Assembly (NCBI GenBank): GCA_051532035.1
Contig: JAOPTW010000016.1
Coordinates: 75,184-139,183, forward strand
Direction of reading: 5' to 3'
From: Fibrobacterales bacterium
GTDB lineage: Bacteria > Fibrobacterota > Fibrobacteria > Fibrobacterales > JAOPTW01
Length of the DNA: 64,000 nt
Part shown: piece by piece, positions 41,452-50,462 of the stretch
Position numbering within the stretch: the first letter of the stretch is position 1
How the letters are laid out: every line of letters starts with the position of its first letter
Notes under the pieces: model-generated
Databases searched by the model: none
What the model was told of the DNA's origin: nothing
What the model saw: the letters and a program-made list of their open reading frames with translations, nothing else
Position numbers and translations under genes: made by a program

Positions 41452-43203
41452 TTAGTTTAGCAGGAGGGGGACTATTATTGTTGGAACAATATTATATTCC
41501 ATTTTTAAATCATCCAAATAATAGTCTGCACCACTAAGAGCTGTCCCTACGATTTCAACGGTAGTATTTCCAAACAATTCAATTTCTACACCTTCATAGA
41601 CAGTTGAATATGTTCTTTCCGTTTCTATTCCGTCAATGAGCACTTTAATATGCGGCCCAGTATACCCTTGAACCTTCCATTTTAGAGATACTTTCGATAC
41701 GCCAGCAACATCGATTGATAGTAAAGGAACGTCTATTCCTTGTAGCATGCATTTTACTGCCTCGCCTTCTACAGCAGTTGTTTCATAAATAGATCGACAA
41801 TGCAGGTCATTAATATCTATTCTAGTTAAACTACTAATATCCAGCGACTTAACATATGATGGTTCGTCCCATGTTGACGGAATATCACCATACCCAATAT
41901 AATCAGCAACGTAGTTACCCGCATAATTTGGACCCAGCAAATTTGACCATGCAGATGAGTTACCATGAGGAATTCGAGAATAGCTTTTACTACCATAATT
42001 CAACGTAGCGAACTCTGCTCCTTCTATTTTTATTCGACGATATGCATTACTCGCCTCAGTAAAAAGACCTACACCATGTTGACTATTTAAACTAGACACC
42101 ATATCACTTTGTGTAGCCCAAGCACCATCAGTATTATATTTTTTCTCAACGGCATTTAAATCACCATATGCGTCGCCTGGATAATCATACGCATCTATGG
42201 CAAATGCAAGTTCCGCAAATAAGCATTTATCTGGATCATCCAAGTCTTCACGCCCTCCAACTAAACACTTGTCCCAAGGATAAGCCGCATAATCCATACC
42301 CTCCAAGTCAAGAAGCAAATCTCTACCTACACCGGCATGGACACTACCAAAAGTCGTAAATGCGATTTCTTTTCCATCACGAGGTCTAACAGGATGTCCA
42401 CCAAGTGCAGTCATAAAGGAACCTCCAACACGCCACTGATCTGATTCAGAAATAATTCTAGTAATCGCAGACTCACCATCTTCATCAAGAAACCCTGCCC
42501 CAAAAATATTCATAAAACTATTAACCCATCCCACTTGATTAGCTGATGATAACACAGCTTCAGAAATGGTGTTAATAAAATAATGAGTTTTAGACAAATC
42601 ACCACCCTCTACTCCAGCCCACTCTGACCCCAAGTGAGGTGTATTCAAAGTCACTATATGATTAATGTGATTCACTGGGTTTTTTAAGGTTACATCAGTA
42701 AAATTTTTCACAAGATACCTACTTACAATACCACCCTGACTATGGGCAATGAGGTCAACCTTTCTCTCTGCGTTCGTCTCCCAATCTGGATAATATTCGG
42801 CAAGTATTTCCTTTAATCGCTGATGCAATGCCGCTGCCTGATCTGGTATTAAGTCATCCTTATGTGGAGTAGTAAAAAACTCCATTCCATTATTATTTAT
42901 TTCATCAAATGTGTCATATTGAGCATTATACAGATCTGCTACTGATTGTGCAATCACCTTACCAACATTACCACTATTTCTAACATACCCTACATCATTA
43001 GGGTCTACTGTCCCTCCACCAATATCCCTCATATCTGAGGTTATCCCATGAACAAAAACAATAGGGTTCTTTACACATCCCGAGCTTTTACTCAGTTTAT
43101 TATAGTCTGAGTGGCCACTAGAACACCAGTGATCAGCAAAAACTGCACTCCCTAAAAGCATTTGCCCATATATGATTGTCTTTAATATCTTTTTCATTCT
43201 CAT
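41452..43203 (-). CDS. Secreted alpha/beta-hydrolase (lipase/PGAP1-like) with beta-sandwich domain and C-terminal tail
   Basis: Signal peptide; FVHG, AHSQGG, NTPHLGS, SDMV and IPH motifs; ends YNIVPTIIVPLLLN. Confidence 0.85.
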   Translation of the reverse strand: MRMKKILKTIIYGQMLLGSAVFADHWCSSGHSDYNKLSKSSGCVKNPIVFVHGITSDMRDIGGGTVDPNDVGYVRNSGNVGKVIAQSVADLYNAQYDTFDEINNNGMEFFTTPHKDDLIPDQAAALHQRLKEILAEYYPDWETNAERKVDLIAHSQGGIVSRYLVKNFTDVTLKNPVNHINHIVTLNTPHLGSEWAGVEGGDLSKTHYFINTISEAVLSSANQVGWVNSFMNIFGAGFLDEDGESAITRIISESDQWRVGGSFMTALGGHPVRPRDGKEIAFTTFGSVHAGVGRDLLLDLEGMDYAAYPWDKCLVGGREDLDDPDKCLFAELAFAIDAYDYPGDAYGDLNAVEKKYNTDGAWATQSDMVSSLNSQHGVGLFTEASNAYRRIKIEGAEFATLNYGSKSYSRIPHGNSSAWSNLLGPNYAGNYVADYIGYGDIPSTWDEPSYVKSLDISSLTRIDINDLHCRSIYETTAVEGEAVKCMLQGIDVPLLSIDVAGVSKVSLKWKVQGYTGPHIKVLIDGIETERTYSTVYEGVEIELFGNTTVEIVGTALSGADYYLDDLKMEYNIVPTIIVPLLLN

Positions 43204-43216
43204 CCTTAGTTTATGT

Positions 43217-44485
43217 TTACTGTAATAACAATGGAGTTATTATCGTTGGTACTATTGACCGGTTAATTACTTTAAAATTTCGAATTTGTATCTCACTAAA
43301 ACCCTTTATGAGTCCACCACTCAAGGAGAGTTCAACATCTCCACTAGGCACATCAAAAACAACGGTTGTCCAGCCTCCTCCCATAATGGTTTCTTTCACC
43401 ACACCATTTAAAGCATACTCAAAAATGGAATAGTCACTGCGCACTTCAAATTCAACTCGCTGTACATTCGTTAGTGTCGCCTTTATCCAATGCTTTTTAA
43501 AAAACTCTACACTAGAATATGAATACATATCTGATGGAAAACGTGCGACAAGAGAAGACTTATCTTCATGCATTCTCCATATCGGTGAGTCCCAATACCC
43601 TTCAGCTATTGAATATTCCCAGGCATAAGAAAGCCCTAGACTAATATTAATATCACCATTTATTTTTTCTGACAACTGACCATCAAACACTCCCTTCAGG
43701 ACAGGAGAATACTCTAACATGCTTCTAATGGTCACACCTTGATTATATCCAAGTCGATCACATAAGCCTAAGGTATGAATCCCAACTATGTCACCAAATT
43801 CATCAAGAACACCACTTCCCGAACTTCCTTTTTGTGTATCAATAGAAGAATATTTTATCCAGCTATCTTCGATCTCGGTAATCAATCCTGAATGAATTTT
43901 CTTGAGTTCTCCTTCTGGATGTTGAATTACCGTAACCCTTTCATCAACCGCCATGATTTTAGGCTTTATTCTGGCATACCCAAAATCAATACCTGGTTTT
44001 TTCTCTAATCTTAAAATTGCGTAGTCCATACTAGAGTCACGAAGCTTAACTTTTTCTACAAGCTCAACGACATTATATATTACTTCTTCTCGCTTCTGTC
44101 CCGTTTCAGAATCTAACTGCCAATTGAAGTTTACATGTCCCCATAATACCATTTGTTCTGGCGTATACCTCGTTCCGTCTTCATTTAATGGCCACTTATA
44201 GCTTTGTGTAAAACAATGACCTGCAGTTAAAAACAAATCTTCACTGATCAGTGTCCCACTACAGATTCTTTTACCACGATAAGCCACCTTCTGAATATCA
44301 AAACGGTATTGAAACACTCCAACTGGGCCTTGGTGATAATTGACAAACTCCTCTGACACTCCAAGTGATCCATCATAGTATTCCACATCTTGAAAATCGA
44401 ATTCTTCATCGCAAGCTGTACTTACTACTTCTTGTGCGAATACACTCAAACACAAAGACATAATTATTATTATTATTGCTTTCAT
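43217..44485 (-). CDS. Secreted trypsin-like serine protease with beta-sandwich domain and C-terminal tail
   Basis: CSG.LI, TAGHC, DYAIL, QHP and GSSGSG motifs; ends RSIVPTIITPLLLQ. Confidence 0.88.
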   Translation of the reverse strand: MKAIIIIIMSLCLSVFAQEVVSTACDEEFDFQDVEYYDGSLGVSEEFVNYHQGPVGVFQYRFDIQKVAYRGKRICSGTLISEDLFLTAGHCFTQSYKWPLNEDGTRYTPEQMVLWGHVNFNWQLDSETGQKREEVIYNVVELVEKVKLRDSSMDYAILRLEKKPGIDFGYARIKPKIMAVDERVTVIQHPEGELKKIHSGLITEIEDSWIKYSSIDTQKGSSGSGVLDEFGDIVGIHTLGLCDRLGYNQGVTIRSMLEYSPVLKGVFDGQLSEKINGDINISLGLSYAWEYSIAEGYWDSPIWRMHEDKSSLVARFPSDMYSYSSVEFFKKHWIKATLTNVQRVEFEVRSDYSIFEYALNGVVKETIMGGGWTTVVFDVPSGDVELSLSGGLIKGFSEIQIRNFKVINRSIVPTIITPLLLQ

Positions 44486-44511
44486 TTTTTACCTGATATA
44501 TTTCTTATTAG

Positions 44512-44540
44512 ATTAGACGAGTCAGTCTTTGGTTTTGTGA
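44512..44540 (-). promoter_or_regulatory. ECF-type promoter, copy 2
   Basis: TCACA-N16-CGTCTAAT. Confidence 0.75.
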
Positions 44541-44680
44541 ATTTTTATTTCTGAATAGGACTTAATAAATTTTGCCTATAAAAAAATAGCGAAACTCTAG
44601 CCGTTTCGAGTTAAGCAAGCATCTCACTTACACTCATAAACCATCACTCTTGTAAGAGCATAGTTATTACTCTACTAAAT

Positions 44681-44717
44681 AAAAAAAGCTGTACTTGATT
44701 TACAAGTACAGCTTTTT
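44681..44717 (-). terminator. Intrinsic terminator
   Basis: AAAAAGCTGTACTTG / CAAGTACAGCTTTTT stem. Confidence 0.8.
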
Positions 44718-44766
44718 GATTACGATGACGCAATTACAATATTACAGATTAATTATTTAGCAGTAT

Positions 44767-45111
44767 TTATTGAGCCCACCAATCACCAACCATGATCATA
44801 TCTACATACCCATAAGGACCACTACACTCTGTATTTGAAGTAGCAACAATTCTAATTGACTCCTTGTTTTTATATGCGACCATTATAAGGCCCAAAAAGC
44901 TTGACATATTATTTTCACGTATCACCCATATATCTTTGTTTGTGCAAGGAGAATTTGGATGAGGCAATTCAGTTCTAAAAGCAAGTGTATTAAGAGGTGA
45001 CGTATGGTAAGACTTGACCTTACCCACATTCGCCCAATTTGCCATTGCATTCCCTGCAAAAACAGATCCAACCAACACCATCGCCACAACTAATTTCTTT
45101 AACATTTTCAT
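44767..45111 (-). CDS. Small secreted protein, putative AB5 B-subunit-like OB-fold (paralog 2)
   Basis: Signal peptide nearly identical to 39661..40026; GKVKSY...C...MSSFLGLIMVAYKNKESIRI...C; fold is inference. Confidence 0.75.
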   Translation of the reverse strand: MKMLKKLVVAMVLVGSVFAGNAMANWANVGKVKSYHTSPLNTLAFRTELPHPNSPCTNKDIWVIRENNMSSFLGLIMVAYKNKESIRIVATSNTECSGPYGYVDMIMVGDWWAQ

Positions 45112-45148
45112 AATTTATCCTTTTTAGGTTTTCATTTACTTAATACTA

Positions 45149-45177
45149 ATTAGACGCCCCAATAAATACTTTGGGGA
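45149..45177 (-). promoter_or_regulatory. ECF-type promoter, copy 3
   Basis: TCCCC-N16-CGTCTAAT. Confidence 0.75.
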
Positions 45178-45195
45178 ACAATTTTTAATCTTTTT

Positions 45196-46863
45196 TTAAT
45201 TTAATAATAACGGTGTAATTATTGTCGGCACAATATAAGACAAATCCTTCAACTCATTGAGTTCCTTATAAGCCTGAAGAAACACTGGACCATAATAGAC
45301 ACCATTTGGAAATATGAGCATTGGCATATGTGGAATTGTTGGCATACCTGTTAAATCATTCAAATTCATTATTTTAAAAGGGTCTGCCCCCTCTGTAAAC
45401 ACCCCCCTACCTTCTTGACTTTCTAACTCCACAATGAAGTCACCTTTATCAGCCCAGTTTTCATTCAGCCCTTTCAAGTAGTTGTCCCACAAATAATCAA
45501 TTGCAATATCAGCCGCTTCATTACACACATATTGAGCTGCGTCATTTCGCGTATACCAATCAAACTCGCCTTCTTTAAAGCTATGACCTGCAGTTAATAC
45601 AGCATCAAGACCCAATTCATAGCCATCTACAAATACATCACCTATATCTCCGCCAACATTCTCTGTTTCACACACTAACTTGCTTCCATATTCCCAAAGT
45701 TTCCACGTCCACTCCCAATGACACGATTCCTCATGAAGTTCCCCTGCATCGACATTAACTCCATCACATTCTTCACTAGCTTTTTCAACAGCATTTAACA
45801 AATACTCACCCATGGAATTTGCAGAACTCGTCAAAGCAACCATAGGAATTTTTTTATTACTAAAAGGCAACCGTGGGTAACCCTCAGCCTTAAGGTCAGC
45901 GATCAATCCCGAATTTTGAGATAAGTCTTGTGTCCCATAAATAAAAGCTCCTAAAGCCTCATGAACACTTTTAAAACCTTTCAATCGCTCATGAGAGTGT
46001 GTTTGTATAGCAAATTTTCTCACGGCCTGGACATCTGAATTATTGGAATTTTCCGTAGCCAGCGCAGAGCCTGTATGAGGAGTATTAAGGGTAATTATTC
46101 CGTGAACATGATTCAAAGGGTTTTCTGGAGACACAGTATTATACCGTCTCAATGCATTTCTAATAACCAATCCACCCTGTGAATGTGCAATGATGTCAAT
46201 AGTTTTATCCATATCACTCTTCCAGCTCTCACCATAGTATTGCGTTAATACCTCACTCATTCTATTTGCTAAAAGCTCTGTCTGATCTCCTCCCCCTGTT
46301 TCAATGGGCTGAAACTTATGAGCCGCTTCATACAACTCCAATCCGTTATGATCAAAAAATGTTTCTTGACCCAATTCTGTTTCTAGAGTAAGGGGTATAT
46401 GTGCCCCATAAGCCTCTGCAAGCTGACTCATCACAAATGACTTTTTATTGTACCCCCGCCACGAACCACCATCCGTTGCAAGACCATGTACAAATAAAAC
46501 AGGTCGTTCTAGACAACCTGCATGTACTCCAATTTTTTGATAATTAGAATCTCCCACATTACAATTAACCATTGAAGGGTGTGATAATGCATTCCATTGA
46601 TTAATTGCTCTACTGAGTGCTTTTGCAGCAGTTGCCTGAGCCCAACCATCAATACCAATTTCAGGGCACTGGGCATGAAAATTCGTTACATCTGAACAAG
46701 TAGTCTCCTCACCCCACCTTCCATACTGATCTTGATAGTCATATGTTGTTTTGCAAACATTCTTAACTATTGTAACATATGATGGATTAGGGCACCCTTC
46801 CCAACTCTCTGCAAACAAGCTCGATATAGGTATTATAAATAGTACTGCTAATTTCTTCAGCAT
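45196..46863 (-). CDS. Secreted alpha/beta-hydrolase with C-terminal tail
   Basis: Signal peptide; FVHG, AHSQGG, NTPHTGS, GDFIV and IPH motifs; ends SYIVPTIITPLLLN. Confidence 0.85.
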   Translation of the reverse strand: MLKKLAVLFIIPISSLFAESWEGCPNPSYVTIVKNVCKTTYDYQDQYGRWGEETTCSDVTNFHAQCPEIGIDGWAQATAAKALSRAINQWNALSHPSMVNCNVGDSNYQKIGVHAGCLERPVLFVHGLATDGGSWRGYNKKSFVMSQLAEAYGAHIPLTLETELGQETFFDHNGLELYEAAHKFQPIETGGGDQTELLANRMSEVLTQYYGESWKSDMDKTIDIIAHSQGGLVIRNALRRYNTVSPENPLNHVHGIITLNTPHTGSALATENSNNSDVQAVRKFAIQTHSHERLKGFKSVHEALGAFIYGTQDLSQNSGLIADLKAEGYPRLPFSNKKIPMVALTSSANSMGEYLLNAVEKASEECDGVNVDAGELHEESCHWEWTWKLWEYGSKLVCETENVGGDIGDVFVDGYELGLDAVLTAGHSFKEGEFDWYTRNDAAQYVCNEAADIAIDYLWDNYLKGLNENWADKGDFIVELESQEGRGVFTEGADPFKIMNLNDLTGMPTIPHMPMLIFPNGVYYGPVFLQAYKELNELKDLSYIVPTIITPLLLN

Positions 46864-46910
46864 TAACCTCTCCTTATTAATTGTATAAAAACTTATAACA
46901 ACGCAAAATT

Positions 46911-46948
46911 AAAAAAAAAAGCTACAAATTAAATCTTTGTAGCTTTTT
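46911..46948 (-). terminator. Intrinsic terminator
   Basis: AAAAAGCTACAAA / TTTGTAGCTTTTT stem plus long U-run. Confidence 0.75.
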
Positions 46949-46991
46949 CTCTAGAGTTCAAATGACGGCATTTAGTTATTTGATTGCATTG

Positions 46992-48737
46992 TTAGTTTAA
47001 CAGTAGCGGTGTAATGATAGTTGGAACAATATTATATCGAAAATTAATGTTATCGACAATTCCTTTAGTTACCCCTACAAACGGAGACGACTCAAACCTA
47101 AACTCTACCTCATTTACCCCTCCGTTCAATCTAACAGATTCAGTTCGTAAATAGTTCGGAGCCTCCATTACTCGAGTACCATTTATATATAAATATATAT
47201 CAGAGTATCTTCCTGTATTTTCCCACGTAAACTCAATCTCACTTACACCTACTACAGTGAATGACATCCTCTTTTCAATCCCAAATACACTATAGCATTC
47301 AAGACCATTACTCCCCATTAATCCATTAACACTATATTTCGGCTTACATCCATTCGAAACGTCTAATTGAATATTTTCAGGCAGCTCTAATACTTCATGA
47401 TATTTTTTACGTGCTGGATTCACTAGAGCTGCAAAAACATCTGCACCATGGAGCTCCGGCCCATCAACTACAATGCCATAATCCTCGAGTACATCAACGC
47501 CCATACTCGTACCATGAATTACGCCAAATTCATTTGTCAATTCTATCGCTTGGAATTTTGAATTCACTGGAGAGAACAACCCTTCAAGTTTTTGAGAAAA
47601 GACATCTACCACTCCATCACTATTTGCCATCCAATCTTCATCAATAAAGTCTATGGTTGGTTGAATTGATGCTTTCAGTTCATTTAACAATTCACGAGCC
47701 TCTTCTCCTGCTCCAAAATCGTCTGCTCGAGCATCAACATCTTCACTCAAATTATAAAAAACATTATCTATTATTCCTGTCATATTACCTGCACCGGCTC
47801 TACTATAAAAAGCGGTGAATGGAATATCTGAACCATCATATGGGCGCTTTGGAAAACCTGCCGCATTCAACTCATCATAAATAGGACTTTCAAACCCAAA
47901 TAATCCTCTTGTTTCAAACACTTTTTCTTGAAGAGATTCACCTGCATCTTCGATACTAAAATCATATTTAAAATCAGTGTCTGAGAATTGAACCTCATAT
48001 TCATCAAATAGAACATCGTTTTTATTATCAATAGATAGCGTAAAGCCTCCAGTGGTACCACCACAGAACGGAATATAATCAGCACACAGGTCTACCTCAC
48101 CATACTTAGTATTTGCATGTATATTTATGCTTTTAGTTCCGAAAATTAGACCTTGCATCTCTTTAGCACTCTCATACACAGGATTCTCTGAAACAATTGA
48201 TGTCCCCAAGTGCGGTGAATTAAGAGTGATAATTGAATTAATATGATTTACCACATTCGATAACGATCTATCATTTTGATTATCTAAAATCATTTTACGA
48301 ATTGCTACCCCACCCTGACTATGGCATATAATATCAATCTTCGTGTCATATCGGTTTCTCCAATCAGCGTAACTTCCGTAGATAGAGTACTCATTAAGAA
48401 TATTTTCTATTTTTTCTTTTAATGCCGTCGCAAACATCTCATGAGTCTGAGACTGACCTTGTCCATCATAAAACTCAATTCCGTTTTGATTGAGTGCAGT
48501 GTAATTCGAAACATCCATACCATACTGCATAGATACATAAAATGGGATACCATCACTTTTTAAAGAACTCACCGTCCCTTCTGAGCCTTCCAATCTCCAA
48601 AAACTCATTGCATCAGAATTACCGTGAACAAAAAGTAAAACTCTTGGAAGGCTTCCAGAATAAGGGGTTCCAACATTTGCAAAAGTACCAGTAAAAGCAA
48701 ATGCTATTAAAAAAAAGCAAAATATTTTTGTTTTCAT
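46992..48737 (-). CDS. Secreted alpha/beta-hydrolase with beta-sandwich domain and C-terminal tail
   Basis: Signal peptide; FVHG, CHSQGG, NSPHLGT, SDGVV and VIHG motifs; ends YNIVPTIITPLLLN. Confidence 0.85.
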   Translation of the reverse strand: MKTKIFCFFLIAFAFTGTFANVGTPYSGSLPRVLLFVHGNSDAMSFWRLEGSEGTVSSLKSDGIPFYVSMQYGMDVSNYTALNQNGIEFYDGQGQSQTHEMFATALKEKIENILNEYSIYGSYADWRNRYDTKIDIICHSQGGVAIRKMILDNQNDRSLSNVVNHINSIITLNSPHLGTSIVSENPVYESAKEMQGLIFGTKSINIHANTKYGEVDLCADYIPFCGGTTGGFTLSIDNKNDVLFDEYEVQFSDTDFKYDFSIEDAGESLQEKVFETRGLFGFESPIYDELNAAGFPKRPYDGSDIPFTAFYSRAGAGNMTGIIDNVFYNLSEDVDARADDFGAGEEARELLNELKASIQPTIDFIDEDWMANSDGVVDVFSQKLEGLFSPVNSKFQAIELTNEFGVIHGTSMGVDVLEDYGIVVDGPELHGADVFAALVNPARKKYHEVLELPENIQLDVSNGCKPKYSVNGLMGSNGLECYSVFGIEKRMSFTVVGVSEIEFTWENTGRYSDIYLYINGTRVMEAPNYLRTESVRLNGGVNEVEFRFESSPFVGVTKGIVDNINFRYNIVPTIITPLLLN

Positions 48738-48769
48738 ATTATCTCCGTTGTTATTTTTATTTTGTACTT

Positions 48770-48798
48770 ATTAGACGGAGTGAAACACTTAAATGGGA
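48770..48798 (-). promoter_or_regulatory. ECF-type promoter, copy 4
   Basis: TCCCA-N16-CGTCTAAT. Confidence 0.75.
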
Positions 48799-48849
48799 AT
48801 CATTTTAAAAATAAAATCAAATTTTACATAATATTTTGGATATAAATGA

Positions 48850-50454
48850 TTAAAACTGAACACCCAGTCCGATTCTAGGACCACCTTGATAGTGTAATTT
48901 AAAGCGCCCATTCTCTTGTTTAAAAAAAGAGCTTGATATTTGATAACCAAAAGAAATCCAACTACCATAGGGTAAATAACATTCTAATTCAACCGGCACC
49001 CCCAACGAAAAAATATTTCCTTGAGTGTGTGTTATTGGATCGACTCTCTCTGGATTTACTTCTAAATAACGTTTATCGATAACTTCTTCCCATAAATGAA
49101 CTAGCCCAAAGGCTGCCCCTACCTGTAACTGTGTATAATTAGAAGTCCATACGGGTGTTAGGCTTTCTAGCCTGAGAGACAAAAACAATCGATCTACAGC
49201 AAAATATCGTCCATCAACATCATCCTCAGCATAACCTAAAGTTACTCTGTTCTTCAAATGAATTGCTCGATATATTAATGAGAGATAGTAGTTCATAAAA
49301 GTAGGTAATGGTCCAAACTCTACTCCATTGACATTTGTTGGGTCACTCCCCCCTACAGAAAATTCAACACCTAAAGGGTCAAGTATGAAACCATGACCAC
49401 CCTTGGTATAGATCACTGACTTAGGCTGTCGTTTAAACTGTTTGGGAGATATCTCCTGGGATTTTGCCCAAGTCAAATCAACCCGCATCGCTTTAAAATG
49501 CCCCTCCCCCTCGAATGAAGCAACATAATTCCCCACAGGAACTTTATAGCGAACACTTTTTTTCCCAGATAGGTTAAGCCTACTATAAAGTTCCATCGTT
49601 TGACTATTATAGATATTGACGGGTACCGAAGGAAAGTCCTTAAATACAATTTCTCCATTACCCTTTTTAAGCTCAGTCAAAACGATATCCGTCTCACCTA
49701 CGAGATCAAAATCAAAGCCAGGGCTCTGTTGTATAGCCTGACGCACCATGTTGTCAGACTGAGTACTGAGCCTTGCATAATAAAACGCCTCCCACAAACC
49801 AATCTCACTATCTGAATTAAAATCTGCAAGCCCATGAAGTCCGTTCAATAGGTGATGAGTAAATACTGCACCTTTATACTCCTCAGATTCAAGTGAGAAC
49901 TCATCAGCTCCACTTGATGTAATAATCACAGTCCCTTTATTTTTCAAAGTATCAACAGCAACTACATTATCTTCACGTATAAAGGTACCACCCTTTTTCC
50001 TGAGGAGCTTGCCCGACTCACAGGCATCAACAATGATAATTTTCACATCAGACTGAACTGACTCAATAGTAGAGAGGAGCGTGGTACGATCAAATTTTTT
50101 GCCATCAATATGAAGGGCATCCGAACTGCCATGACCCGAATAATAAAAAACCAACATACTCTGCTTATTACTCTTATGGAGCTCAGCGATTCGTCCTTGA
50201 ATTTGATTAAGTGACGAGGTAATTTTCTCTAGCGAAGGATTTTCTAGAAGATAGACTCTGTCTGCATCAAAATTCTTAGAATCTCTAAATACCGCAGCCA
50301 TTTCACGAGCATCACGCGTTGCATAACTCAAATCACGCTCATTGAACAGACCGTTATTGTTACCAATAAAGAGCCCGATACGCTCAACCGAAGACCACGA
50401 TACGGTTACTAAAGAGAGTGATAGTAAGAAAACAATCAGTAGCTTCTGTATCAC
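48850..50454 (-). CDS. Exported caspase-family (C14) protein with C-terminal outer-membrane beta-barrel (triad 2)
   Basis: Signal peptide; IGNN.G, L.YA.RDA, FYYSGHG, IVDACESG and E....AVFTHHL..GL.G.AD motifs; ends RIGLGVQF (beta-signal). Confidence 0.88.
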   Translation of the reverse strand: MIQKLLIVFLLSLSLVTVSWSSVERIGLFIGNNNGLFNERDLSYATRDAREMAAVFRDSKNFDADRVYLLENPSLEKITSSLNQIQGRIAELHKSNKQSMLVFYYSGHGSSDALHIDGKKFDRTTLLSTIESVQSDVKIIIVDACESGKLLRKKGGTFIREDNVVAVDTLKNKGTVIITSSGADEFSLESEEYKGAVFTHHLLNGLHGLADFNSDSEIGLWEAFYYARLSTQSDNMVRQAIQQSPGFDFDLVGETDIVLTELKKGNGEIVFKDFPSVPVNIYNSQTMELYSRLNLSGKKSVRYKVPVGNYVASFEGEGHFKAMRVDLTWAKSQEISPKQFKRQPKSVIYTKGGHGFILDPLGVEFSVGGSDPTNVNGVEFGPLPTFMNYYLSLIYRAIHLKNRVTLGYAEDDVDGRYFAVDRLFLSLRLESLTPVWTSNYTQLQVGAAFGLVHLWEEVIDKRYLEVNPERVDPITHTQGNIFSLGVPVELECYLPYGSWISFGYQISSSFFKQENGRFKLHYQGGPRIGLGVQF

Positions 50455-50462
50455 GTCACCCT

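Noticed and set aside
40146..47030. Calling the tail IPTL-CTERM/PEP-CTERM or a T9SS C-terminal domain
   Set aside because: It lacks the TM helix and basic cluster of sortase-type signals and is far shorter than a T9SS CTD.
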